Shown one piece after another: positions 12,869 through 25,653 of a stretch of 64,000 bases of DNA. This DNA comes from Massalongia carnosa (Eukaryota). The DNA is taken from positions 248,001 through 312,000 of the forward strand of contig OZ287075.1 in assembly GCA_965645245.1 (NCBI GenBank), given 5' to 3'. Both the position numbers and the translations under genes were made by a program. The notes beneath the pieces are model-generated. The model made no database searches, was not told the DNA's origin, and saw nothing but the letters and a program-made list of their open reading frames with translations. The stretch's first letter is position 1. Each line of letters starts with the position of its first letter.

Positions 12869-15706
12869 GATGCTTGACTCGAGACGGAATTCGGTTGCAA
12901 TAGAAGGCGAATGAGGATGACCCGGGACCAAGAGTGAAACTACACTTGGAGATATCTGGGGAGAAATTCTCACAATAACTGACCATGACGGCTGACTTTA
13001 TAGAGGGTTTCATCAGCCCGCTAGAAGTGAGAGGATCATCGATGAATCCTGTGAGCTGTATTGCCTGGTCGGTTTTTCATCATTTGGTTGGCCAATTTGC
13101 TATCTGTCATGTCGCGCATACGAGGAAGTGAATACTGTTGCGGAGCGTCTAGAATCAATGGGAAAAATTGCTTCAAACGGAATGGCCTTCAAGCCTAGAC
13201 GTCGAAGCTCAGGTCGCTCGATATGCCGAGGCCTAAATTGCATCCTGAACCGTTCATCTGCTTCGTTATGCTGCGGGGTTTCTATCATTTGTTTATTTTG
13301 GAAGCTGAGGATGATTCGAAAATCCGGCATGCCAGTCTTGAGAGGAAGGTTTTGCCGCTAAATCGCATCAAATGGGCATTAGAAGACAACGGTGACAGTT
13401 TGATTGGGAATGGTTGCTAGTAGTGGCTGGCTGAACGAAGTCATAGATAGGACGGTTGTCGTCTCCAGATGGCTCTCGCCGCATAAGACTACAATCATCC
13501 CTGGAGGTTAGGCAAGCGTTTAATTCGAGTCCGTGGCTTGATTCTGCTGCCGTCTGCGGATTGCAGCGATGGTTCCTTTACGCACCTAATCATGCAGACG
13601 TATGTACTTCGTACACGAGAGGAAACTCAATCCTCGTAGGCTTGTACAGCTTGGCTGATCATTACCGTATTTATCGGACCATGCAGGGTGATTGTGAGGC
13701 CACAACAAATCAGTTCGTCAGTAAATCCACACGTGCCGCTTGATCTTGATCATCCACATTCTTGTTACTCCGTATATTTTCTCTTTCAACATACCGCGCT
13801 ATTAGGAACGGCAAGCTTATGAACAAGAAGAGCGACCGTCTGTCATGTGAACAGACCATGGCCGAATCTTCCTACAACGGAGAGCTTCGAGTCCCAGGAG
13901 TTACACTTGCAGGCTGTTGTGATTGATTTTCACACCGTTCTGTTGCTTTGTGACGTGGTTATGAACACGTGTGGAGGCGGGAAAATCACTGTAGCACTCT
14001 TTCGGCTCACACGTCTTATGCATTCGATCGTTTCGTAACCAATCCCAGAATTGATGTTTCAACCCGTGGGTTGGAATAGAGATTCGATTACTCCGTAATC
14101 ATCTTTGTACGAGTACTAACTAGTGCAGCCCTAAAATCTGCCACGACTGATACTAGTACAGAGTTGGTATGCACGTTGTAAGTTAACTTAAACTATCCGG
14201 CCCCGCACTTTCGCTCTTTAGCGATTAAACCATGACCCGATTAGGGTTAACCTTTTGATATCTTTGATCGACGATGACGTGCACACTTAAACCCTCACTA
14301 GCAGTACTCTGTATCATATACTTGTACAGCATCCCCGAATCCGTATTCTACTCCGTGTAAGCGTATACATAGCTAGAAACAATAAAACGAGAGGTCCAGC
14401 ACCACGCCACTCGACATGATGAACGGGGAAGATTCTGTCGGCAGGAAAACACCTGTTCCTCCAACTAGTTCGTTACGAGAGATGTCTGTTGACGGCTGCT
14501 TGCTGATTCTGCCCGCGCAACTAACTAATTAAGATATTTTACTGAGAATTTATTGGGTATCCTTGAGTTGAGGGCAGGAGGTTTTGCTAATGAGTGATGT
14601 GAACGGGGATCTTAGATCGGATCTTTGATGTTGAAAGATCACGGCTAGACGTAGTTTTCTTATTGATGCATTGGATGTAGTAGATGCGAGAGAACGGTCT
14701 ACTGATGATAGGAGGATAACTTGTAACCCGGTGGTTTGAGCATGACTTCGCATGTTAATACACTTTTGAAATTTGATTTAATGTGTCAAGTCGCAACTCT
14801 GCGTGACTGCTAACTTGCACAGAATACTCTGTTCTCTAAGCCGATACCCTACAATCGAAAGTGAACGATAATAACTGCTAGAATCAAGTACTAACCTGGC
14901 GACGGCTTGGGTCAATTGATGGTCATTAAGTGCCCGATTGCATGGCATCATCACCTCAATCCAAATAAATCAAAAACATCATGCCGATGAAAGGTAAACA
15001 GATTATGTTTTGAATTGAGTACCGGGTACACATGGGCATGATCAAGAACCTTTGCTATACACTAACTAGTCACCACAATATCAAGCGAAACCGCATGTTT
15101 TCTTCCAAGGCACCCAAGGTCAAAATTCTGTCCAGACCGACGTGTGAATTTCCCCATCCTTCCAACGAAAACTAACTTTTTCGTAGGCTTCCATATGTTG
15201 CGGACCTTGAGCTTCCCCAGCTGGGAGCACTCAATTACTGAACGTTTCTTCCACTTCAAACATCGGTGGCACCATCCAGTTGTACTGATGTCAGCAGTTG
15301 CTTAGAGACGCATTACGACCAAATCCTTACTTAATACAGTATGACAACTTGGTACAAAAGCTCTCTGCCCCGACAAGAGGGAAATGCTCAGATCCGAGCC
15401 GTCCTACATTATGGTCGTAACCAGTAGCTACAAGCGGTGATCTGGTATGCCACTTTCGTAAGGGTTACATTTCTTACGCTTTGCACATCGGAAGTATCAT
15501 TAACAACAAATCAATCGGTCGCAAGAAAGAAGTAGAATGAACAGTCAAATTCAGCGCCTGGGTATGATAAGTAGAAGGCCTGGTTGCCGCAATAGCTCAT
15601 TGCTTTTCTTCTCTCGAGGGTTGCCTTTTGTTATTTGAATATCTTATCTAAAAGAGCTCTGGTGTCGAATCGCTCTTAAAGCCAAGATCATACCACGCTT
15701 CACAAT

Positions 15707-17441
15707 ATGGCCGATTCCTCCACTTTGACAGGCATTGTTCCAGTCATTGATGTGGGCGCTGGTCCCGTTGGCTTGATCGCTGCGCTTAACCTGGCTCGTT
15801 ATGGTATTCGGTGCAAACCTATAGAACGAAATCTACTAGCAACGAAATGGCCCAAGATTGACTTGATAAACCGCCGTACTATGGAATTGCTGGGTCAAAT
15901 GGGTTTTGCCGAAAGGTGGAGACAAATCGGTAAGTCTATACCGTTACGTTAAAGATAAAACATAGGAAGTAGGATCGTCTGATATATGGCAGGATGTAGC
16001 CTCGCCCGCCGAATACTGGAAGGTTGCTACTATTCAGAATGATGGCGGTTTTCCTCGAGAACCTTATTAACGAGGGTGTCAGGCTCTTCTTGAGGCATGG
16101 CTTCGAGAAGAGTGCACCAAAACGCCCCTCGTCGAGTTGATAGTCGAACAAGAATTTAAGTCATTGGTCGAAGAGAAAGGCTTCGTGCGCGCTACTTTCA
16201 CGAATCGACGTACAGATATCGAGAACACATTCAATAGTAACTATGTCATTGCGTGCGATGGCGCCAGTAGCGAGGTGCGTCGGGCACTCGACATTTCCCT
16301 TCTCGGAGGGCCTCTCCCTATGAAACTTTATCTTGTTCATTTTCGTTCGACGGATCTCACCAGGATCCAAAGTTAGGGACAATTTTGGCATATCATCTTC
16401 ACCAACGGCAGTGTCATGATTGCCCGGGATGAAAATAACACGTGGACGGTCCACCTGCCGGTTCTCCTCGAAGTTGACACATCCACCTGGGATCCTGTAG
16501 AAATTATATATCTAGCGCTAGGAGGCTCCACTGGCCCGTATGAGATCAACGTGGATGAAGTCATTGTTAACGGCATTTGGACGCCTAGTATGGCGGTTGC
16601 AGAGCACTATAGATCCACTGAAGGTCGGATCTTTCTGGCGGGAGATGCCGCCCACCAAAAAATTCCTACAGGCGGCTACGGAGGGAACACGGGGTTTGGC
16701 GACGCATACGACATATCATGGAAGCTAACAGCGGTTATCAATGGTTATGGAGGAGAAGATCTCCTACAGTCCTATGAAAGCGAGAGAAGGCCGGTGGCTG
16801 AACACAACGTCCACATGAGCGGCGTGCACATGGAACATCATCAAACTCGTGGCAACTGGATCCGGGGGCTTTCCAATCAGTCGACATTGACTACCGATAG
16901 TGAAGAAGGAGCTCAACTGCGTGGAAAACTGATCCAGCACATCAATGAAAACGACGGTGAGCATAAGGAACTGGGAATTGAGATGGACTACCGATTCCCT
17001 GGGTCAGCAGTTATCGTTCGAGACTTAAACAGCGACACGAAAGAACCCGACTGGAACTCCAAAGCCTACATCCCCTCGACCTGGCCCGGGCATAGAGCTC
17101 CGCACCTCTTCCTTTCCGACGGAAAAACCAGCATCTTTGACCTTTACGGGTTGAATCTCACTCTCATTGACTTTACCACCAATGGAACCGCGCTGGAGAC
17201 GTTTGACACTGCCGCAAAGGAAACCGGTGTTCCTCTTGCGCTTGTGCATCTCCCGACAGAGCCACACGCTCGGAAGATCTGGGAACGAGACGTGGTCCTT
17301 GTCCGCCCTGATGGATACGTTGCGTGGCGTATTGCGGATACGGTGGACCGCGTGGAGGACGAGATTGCCAGACATGCGCTTTTGACTGCCGTTGGACGGA
17401 GTCGGGAATCGGCTGGTGGAGATCAGAAGTCTCATTTGTGA
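15707..17441 (+). pseudogene. FAD-dependent aromatic monooxygenase (PheA/TfdB-like), disrupted
   Basis: GAGPVG dinucleotide-binding motif, ACDGASS, FLAGDAAH...GGNTG..D, PGHRAPH and LVRPDGYVAWR. In-frame stops TAA at 16068-16070 and TAG at 16374-16376, and sequence is apparently missing after the gtaagt donor at ~15930. Confidence 0.85.
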
Positions 17442-18969
17442 GCTGGAAGAGTACTTCACCAATGCTTTCTGCGAATCTTGTACTGGTCGAGCCTTGATCA
17501 AGTTGATTGTGATTCGCTGACACTGTTGCTTCTTTTGCTGCTTCTTCCATCATAATCCCGTTAACGGCCCTAAAGAAAATTATCCGTCAGTTTATTATTC
17601 TTTTTCCGAACTATCCTCGCAAAGTCCACCAAACGCAACTCCACATGAATTCAAACGTATAAATAACCAAAGCACCAGTCTCTAAACCCCTAAAGCCAAC
17701 CGTCACTATTCAAAAGCCCTCATAGACTCTAACCCAACTCCAGCCTCCAGCTAAGCTACATTCCTACTACCTCCGAACTTATTTTTTTTATTATTATTAA
17801 TTTACCTAAAATATAAATATATCAGGATCGTCCATTTCCCACCTCCCTTGTCATTATCTCTCACAACCCCATCCACCACACCTGAAACTCTCCCCAAATG
17901 CTCCATTTCCCCTTCTGCATCATCGCCACAGTACCCACCACTCCCATCCGCATTCCTAGGAAAGATATCAATTGGCTCTGCACAGCGCGCTAGCACCTCT
18001 GCGATCATGACTAGGGGGGCTCGTGGAGTGGGAGCTAAAGCTGGAAGTGGGGAAGCGTTGGGGGGTGTGGAATTCGCGATGTGTTCCTGTTTTTTTTTAC
18101 TTTTTTTGTAATAAGCGGATGAATTCGAGAATAGAAAAATATACAACGAGGGGGGGGGAGAGGGTAATTTATTGAGGAAAGATCAAGAAAGCGCGTTTTG
18201 GTTTGAAGCAGAGGAGGATTGAAGCCGTTGAGCGAGAAGGCATGGAGATTACCCCCCCCCCCGAAAAAAAGTATGTAAACTAGCAGTTAGTGTGCATGAA
18301 CTTACTTATTACAATAAGAGAATAGCTATTAACATATTCCGTTTCGCTTAAACAGGGAGTAGGTATTGGTGGCAATTGGCTCTGTTCTAAGCCGCGATGT
18401 TGTTCCGAGACTGGGAATTTAATCAAGGAGGATTGCAGAAATATAGCGGAATGTTGAGGGCTGGAAGGGGAGACGGGGGGATCTACGAATGATGCGAGAA
18501 TGGCGCTGGAATCCGGCTAGAACACAGTTACGGGGGGGGGGCACGTTTTCTTGTGGAAAAGGGGGAAGCTTTTAATTGGTCATGGATCCGATTTGAGTAT
18601 ATCTTGTCTTTAGGTATCTAGTAGAAACCTTGAAGGATATCTCTCACCATCTCCTTGGCAAACAGCTTTGTGACGGAAGGTGGTATTGCTGCCAAAGGAA
18701 AGCTTGAACATGCAACCCAAATAAGCAAGTATACCGGTTCGAGTTTCTGAAAGGCCTTTTGAACCCTTCGTGGCGGTAGACAATGAATATTCGCAAAGCC
18801 AACCGGACGGAAATCTCATCAAGGATTTAGCTCCTTTCTTTCTTGACAGAAATAGCTTTAGCATCCTTGCACCTTGCACCTTGCACCTTGTCAACTCGAT
18901 TTACTTACGACTTAACATGAATCACTAGACTCTGACTCATAGGTGGCTTCATTCCCTGCTCGGGCCTAG

Positions 18970-20272
18970 TCATCGTACCATTTGGGGAATCTCGTCGTCC
19001 CAATAGGTCCAGAATTCGGGCCTTTGAAAACTATCACGCCATTTATGAATGTCCGAACTCCTAAGAAGCTGTTGGTAGTTCTCGGGTCTAGCTAGACGCT
19101 CAAGTTTTCTTAACTCGGTTTGGGTTAACCGGCTAGTTCTATCGTGTACAAACGTCGCCCAATTTAACTCGTGGGCAGGGTAGTAACCATAGACATAAGT
19201 GTACTTCAGACTGCAATCAACAAGAATGTCGGCGTTGACCTTATAATACCGAGAGTCATCAAATCCACCCCAATTGCCCCGGTAAAGTTTAAATCCAGCA
19301 TATTCTAAGACGAAGTCTGGAGTCCCTGGCCACGCAACATGTTTCGTCTCAAACGGTATGACCCAAGTAAATTGGTCACCAACACACCTTGGCGCCCGGA
19401 ACGGTTTCGCTAAGCTTATTTCCTCGGGCCACAAGATGTCTTGGAATCTCAAGCCCCGATTGCTATATTCGACAACTGAAGAGATATAGCAGTCATTGAG
19501 GGGACGTAAGAAATAGCCCTTATGGTGTACAAAAGTAGGTTTTAGGAAATGACATAGGCCTTATTCCAACTGAAAAAGTTCAAGTTGACGGTCACAGTCA
19601 AAATTGTTTGGATAGGAACGCCGTGGATATGGAGAATTTATGCTTCCAACCTCACCGTGTCGGATTCGCTCCATTTAGCGTACTCTCGCATCTTCATGAA
19701 TATGCCAGTTAGCAAATCGTTTCAAGAAGAGGCAAAACCACTACCTTAGCAAAACCCTTGCCAGCCTATTTGCCACAATGCTTGATCCTAATCAATACGT
19801 AGCCTTCCACATCCGCCAGGTAGTTGCCGAATGGCCCAGCGCGCTCTCTTTGTTGAATAAATATATCTAGACCGGAGTCCTTCCAAAAGGCTCTCTCGAA
19901 GAACTGCGTTGCAAGTCCACCGGATACTAAAGCATCGTACTTGCCCATTTGAGATCGAAAATGCCCAGGGTCTTGTACAAACCGACCTAAGTGATGATCC
20001 ACGTTCCATTGCAGAGATAGAAGCACCAATTAAAGTTTTGACAGCGCCTTGTAGGTCTTGGTCAACGCGATAATAGCGTCAATCGGTAGCAGTTTGCAAA
20101 TCAAGGAGAATATCGGATAACGTGACTCCTTGTCGAAAATATTGGGAAAGGTGGGACTAGAGGAATGAGGATCTGAAATCTCTAGCGCAGCCTTCGGAGC
20201 ATTTATAGCTGTTTTCTTGTGACTGCCATCATTGTGACCTGCAATTAATCGAATTCGTTTCTTTGGGGGCAT
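18970..20272 (-). pseudogene. Disrupted fungal hypothetical gene with an F-box-like N-terminus
   Basis: Collinear fragments: IFSLICKLLPIDAIIALTKT, then LGRFVQDPGHFRSQMGKYDALVSGGLATQFFERAFWKDSGLDIF, then PRCVGDQFTWVIPF. In-frame stops at 20030-20032 and 19766-19768, with further lesions. Confidence 0.6.
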
Positions 20273-21275
20273 TTGACCTGGTGTAGTTGCTAGATTGGCG
20301 AAGAATCTACATACTACTCACGAGTGTCAATATGCAAAAACAAACAGCCCATTCATTAATACATTCCAGAGCCCTTTAGCAGTGGAAGAAGACCTTAGGT
20401 TGGATTCAGTCGAAGTATGTAGCTGATAGAATGAATTACTCAAGGCTGTGAAGACAAGGAGGAAGGGAAGTGCATCATCCATCATAGCTTCTAGCTTCAG
20501 ATTATTTCGTTTACCGGGCAAATGACCCAGAAAGCTAGCTACATTAGCTAGTGAAAGTGTTGTAACTTGCTGGATAATCATCCCGAGTAGTGAGAAGTCT
20601 TGCGCTAAGAAGCGCGCGTAGAGTAACAAAATATCTTACAGAAGTAAACTAGTTAACATGAATACCTGACACTTGATAATGCCTGAAGTCTAGTTTCTAC
20701 CTCATAGAATTAACTTGATTTTGATGGCTTTGGGACCCATAACGCTGCGAGAACATTGAGATTTTCTCTCCAGCTTAGATGCGTACTGCTTAGGGTTAGG
20801 GTTACTCGCTTAGCCCCATTAACTCTAGCTCAGCCCTCTAGGCTGCGATGACTGCTAGCAATGACTGCTATAAGTAGTCACCTCCGTAGTAGTTTCAAAT
20901 TTATGCCGTCAACTGTTCATCTTAACAGCGGTACGTATAGAATACCTGTAGGCAGAACAAGGAGAGGGAGGAAGATAGGGAGGGTGAGAGGTAGGGGCGA
21001 GGTTCGGAGATCGGGGTTCGCTCGCTAAGATGAATTTAAAAATTTAGAAAGGAGTGGTGAAGAACGGGTTTCTTTTGAGGTTCGTTTGGGTACGTCGGAT
21101 ACCAAGCTATATATCGTTTGTAATGCCTGCTATGGCGAGGTCTTCTGGAGCCTGGTAAACCGAAATAGTCTCCTTGCTGCTGTGAGTGGGTATATATACA
21201 ATACTGCAGGCCCTCGGTCGTCTAAACCCTGATATCAAAAGTCGCAAAGTTTTTCATATTGTTCCGTCGGGTTCA

Positions 21276-23672
21276 TCAAGCCATCGGCTTGCCCTCCACA
21301 GGAGGATTCACCTCCATCGCACTTAGCGCGCAATGGCCCACCGGTGCGTTCTTGCCGTCCACCATCCCCCACATCACCGGCTTCTGGGCGGCATTCCAAT
21401 CCTCCGGCGGCCGGTGACACGCGGCGCTGATGGCGGCGCTACAGTTTGCACCCAAGGGCATCCCCGACCTGAAGCGTCGGAACCCAGTGGCGATCAAGGC
21501 GAGAACCATAAGGGATCCGACGATCAAGGCAAATATGATGGCGATGGCGGAGTAGCCGCATGTGGAGAAATCGGGCGCTCTCATATCCTGTGTTCCATTG
21601 CTGTCGTAGATAGTGATACGGGCCAAGAAGAGAGATTGCGATACTAGCCAGTGCATGAGGCCAGAGCACACTGCAAGAGGAAGGGCGTAAACGTAAGGCA
21701 GTGAGAGGTAGTAGGCTGATCGCTGATTGGTTGTTGGCGACGTGACTCGTAGCGGTTTGCGTTCCACCGCAAAGCGATTCCATTCGTCTTCCATCAGCAT
21801 ACACGTGTAAATCCCATTGTACATCAAGTACAAGAAGCTTAAGATTCCTTGGGGGATGTTAGCCAGTAAAACATATCCCATAAGGGTCTGGGCAGTATTG
21901 CTGGGGTTCGAAGTGATTGTCAGAAGAGAATAGGCATTGACACTCCCAAAACCCATCGACCATAGCCAACTGATGCCAGTGGGAATGGTTCTGTCAGCTA
22001 AGTTATTGATACCAATGGTCAGTAAAAAGGCTACGATTACTAGGGTGCCAGTACACCTAATTAGTCTACGTTAGTCTTGCTGCCAGATCTAGAATGGTTA
22101 ACCTACAGCAGAAGACACCAAACCCAACGCTGTGGACTCGGCGCTGCAGCCCAGCGCCGACGTTTCGATCTGTATAGCTTTGGCTCTGTTGGTTTAACTG
22201 ACTGGAGTTGTGGGTTCCACTTGAACTTCGTAATATCACTCTTATCCATTAAACATCGTCCGACAGTAGTTGCATCTGGTTCTTTCAAAAAGGATTCTAC
22301 AGCGTCTCTAGCGAAAATTAGTACATCGGTTGGCAATAATTCAACTCTGTTTTTTCAGCCTTACCCTAAAGTACATAGATTTTCTTCTCTTTGCTTCAGG
22401 ACCATAAAAGCCATGCAGCCCGCCTTGATCAAGTTACATATTATTACCACCATCATAATGGTCCGGCTGAACTGAAATTTACAATGTTCCTCAATCTGCT
22501 GGCTAAGACAGTATTGAATCGAGTGACCGAGAACAATCCACTCCTGAGATTTTGCATTATTTTTTGCAATTTTTGGATCGCAGTGCTGGCCATAGCTGTA
22601 ACTGTTCTTTGGAAAAGAACACAACCAGCCACGCGGATCCGTTCTATCCTGGTTGATATACATATTGGCAGAAGCAGAGACATGAACATAATCAATATAG
22701 CCACCGTTCGACGCAGAATTATTATTAGTAACTGCTAACAGGCTTCCCCTTCCTGTCATCATTGTTTTTGAGTATTGTGAGATGCAATCGGGAGGATCTA
22801 GTCGTTGGAGATGGCTAATATTAGCTTGTAAATTTTGAATATCGCTCAATACCAGTCCTGGATTATATGAGCTGCTTATACCGGGAGAATCCATATCTGA
22901 GAGGCTGATGTTAGGTTTTGCGCCAGTCAGGAAGTCTTCTGTGATGACCACAACGTTGTAGTTATTCGCCCCGATTGCCTGAAATACCGCTGAGTTGTAT
23001 CTGGAAAGAATTAGTATGCTGTATAACATTGCAATATGTAGCACGTAATCGTAAATTCCAATGCAGAAAACTCCGATGCAGAACTCGAACGGTGCAGCCT
23101 AGAAGTAATAGGATGATGATCACTGACAAAAGGTGCAGAGGAATCGAGCTGAGGCCTATAAGCCACCAAAGAGTGATTCGGCTCCAGCAAATTCTCCTCA
23201 AGTTTCGTATACTTGGAACTCCTATATCTACGTATTTCCCCTTTGCATGGGCATGGTCGATTTCCTTCCTTGTTGGCGCCGATGAGCATTGCATTGTATA
23301 GTTCGAGGCGCTCAACAACACAGTGCTTAACGCATTGATGCCCATATGTGCCCATAGATCCCATCTGGCGATCCGAGAGCAACTACCTTCAAAAAGGGTG
23401 CCAACACCATCCCTCGATGAGTAAGAAGAGTATGTTGCCCAAATTACCAAGATTATGTTGAGAATCAACACTGTGGTAGCCGCACCAGCCCAAAAAGTGA
23501 CGCCGATACGCCATCCGCTAAAAAGACGTCGACCTCGTTGTTGAACGCGACCGAGGGGGCGACCCAGCAAATATTTGAGGTTCGGTACTGAGGTCTTCGA
23601 TTTTTGCACCGGTTCATACTTTGCGCCGACACCTCGGCGCAAGATCCGCCGGAGCATTGAACTAAGGCACAT
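21276..23672 (-). CDS. Multi-pass membrane protein, DUF6536-type; exons 23672-23128, 23000-22365, 22307-22107, 22056-21276
   Basis: Family-like motifs INALSTVLLSASNYTMQC-SAPTRKEID-AH, DIGVPSIRNL, SSIPLHLLYNS, LLANIPQ, QRSAYYLSLP and SAAISAACH. Three GT-AG introns (23127-23001, 22364-22308, 22106-22057) splice in frame. Confidence 0.85.
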
Positions 23673-25653
23673 TCAGTATCCCACGTATAAGCTATGCGGA
23701 AGATGTTGATTGCTGACCTGGACATGTTTTCTATCTCACAACTTCCACACGCTATCCGAATTATGCCAATAAATGTACCGTAATTCCTCCAATTCGAACA
23801 ATGACTGGGCATAAAGAAGCCAGTCCTCGAAATATTTCTCTGTGCTCTGTGGAAGCGACAAGGCTCTCTTTAATCAGAGGGATCTGGCTGATCATGACGG
23901 TTGAATTGAGTTGAGTTAGGATCTGCACCCGGAGAGCAGTGCTGTGCCTCGAAGGATTCATATCGTCACTCCAATAGTTGCCCTGAATAGCACCAACGAA
24001 GGGCTGTGTATGTTTAGCGCTTGTTACTAACTTCATCATGCAAGAAGAATTGTTTGTTAAGCCTTCTTTGACAAGATCTTGTTTTCAGTCGGTCATGACC
24101 ACTTCAATTTAGAGTTGTGTTAGCCACTTGCCAAGGTCTTGGCAATCACGTGGATTCCATCAAAGTTACGGAAAATACCTAGTACCAACACCAGATCCAC
24201 ATTCTCATTGCATGGACCTTTCTTGTTAGCTATCAGTTATCTAGATTATTGTATCGAGACGTCTTACTTATTAGTTCCCAGCGGTGTGCTGCGCTGCGCG
24301 GTCAGAATACCTACGAAACATTACTGTCGGTTTCTCCTACCTTAGGAGCAAGACTCATTTGTAAACCCTCAGCATACCTCTTTTGAGATGGTGACGGAAG
24401 TCTGGAGAAGCAGCAAGACCTTTTAGCAAGGTTCTCATAGCAGAAGAGTTTATCAAGAGCTAGCAGAGTATCAATGAGTTCCTTTGAAACCCGAAAGCAA
24501 ACAAGCTGGCTCGTCTAAGCTAATGGCGGTCAACGAAAAGCCCATTTAGACAAACAGCATTAAGTCGTTAGCCAGAAGTTGGAGTCTAGTAAAAGTGGGA
24601 ATAGGCGCTGGCTCCGTAGGAAAGGAGACGGCAAATAATGAAAGCGACAATCGGTGGCTATTAGGTGCGATATCTATGTGATGCAGAACTCCGGCTTGGC
24701 TTGATTGGAATAATCGCAGGACGCAAGGAATAGGCACGTCTATTCCGACGCGAGCTTCCATACCCGGAAGTCTGAATAATGTTTTTTGGATCGTTAATGA
24801 AAGAAGCGTACGTGTGCGGCAGTTCGAAGGCAAAGTTTGCACTATCTACAACTTGGATAATGGGCTCGATTATCCAATAAGAACATGAAGTCCTAGAAAA
24901 ATAACAACCCCTTCAATGCGAGAAACCTTTATTACCTTACGTTCGATGCTCAATTCCAGCTGGGATGAGATCATGTCTCTCAGATGGAAGCAAACAACAA
25001 CAACCATGCGTTCGCAGGCTGAGCCATGTGAAATGAATATTTCCGATAAAGATGTTGATGAAAAAGTAAATGCAGTTAACCGCTTTCCTTTGCATAACTG
25101 TCTTGGAAGATTTTTGTTGCTCAAACGTCCGCACTCCAGAATAGAATTTTTTTATTTTTACGGTACAGTACAGGCATTGCTCCTGTCTTCTTTCTTTCAA
25201 ATCTCAACTTAGAGATGTGGATATTTCGAATATGATTAAGTTTTGCATAATCACTCAAAGCTGCAGCTCTCCGCTTACTTCCAGGTTATGATATCCATTG
25301 GCACAGAAACAGGCAAACTCTCGGCGGAGTCTAGTCTTTCTTTGATAAAGTAGCTCACTAGGTTTTAGGTAGAGAGTGAAGACGGAACCATACTGCTCAA
25401 ATTGGGTATTTACCCTCACCGCTGTCCTTTATTGTTTATTTTCGCTGCCTATCTAGAATTTCGAGATAGGTTAATATAACAGCAGAATGATGTCCTCCAC
25501 TTCTTACACATTGCAGAAACTGTATTTTCAAGATCTTTCTATAAAAACTACTGAACCCCGGTATCTTTTCTAAACTTGATCGATCTCTGCCCCGTAGCGC
25601 TTCGTTGGCTTTCCCTCAAGTCCTCATACTGTAGTTCATCAACCAATACATCT

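Noticed and set aside
17570..18146. Possible small minus-strand gene remnant
   Set aside because: It has coding-like patches but no identifiable family or consistent gene model.
20327..20700. TA-rich degenerate ORF, possibly a RIP-mutated transposon fragment
   Set aside because: No diagnostic motif could be recovered by eye.
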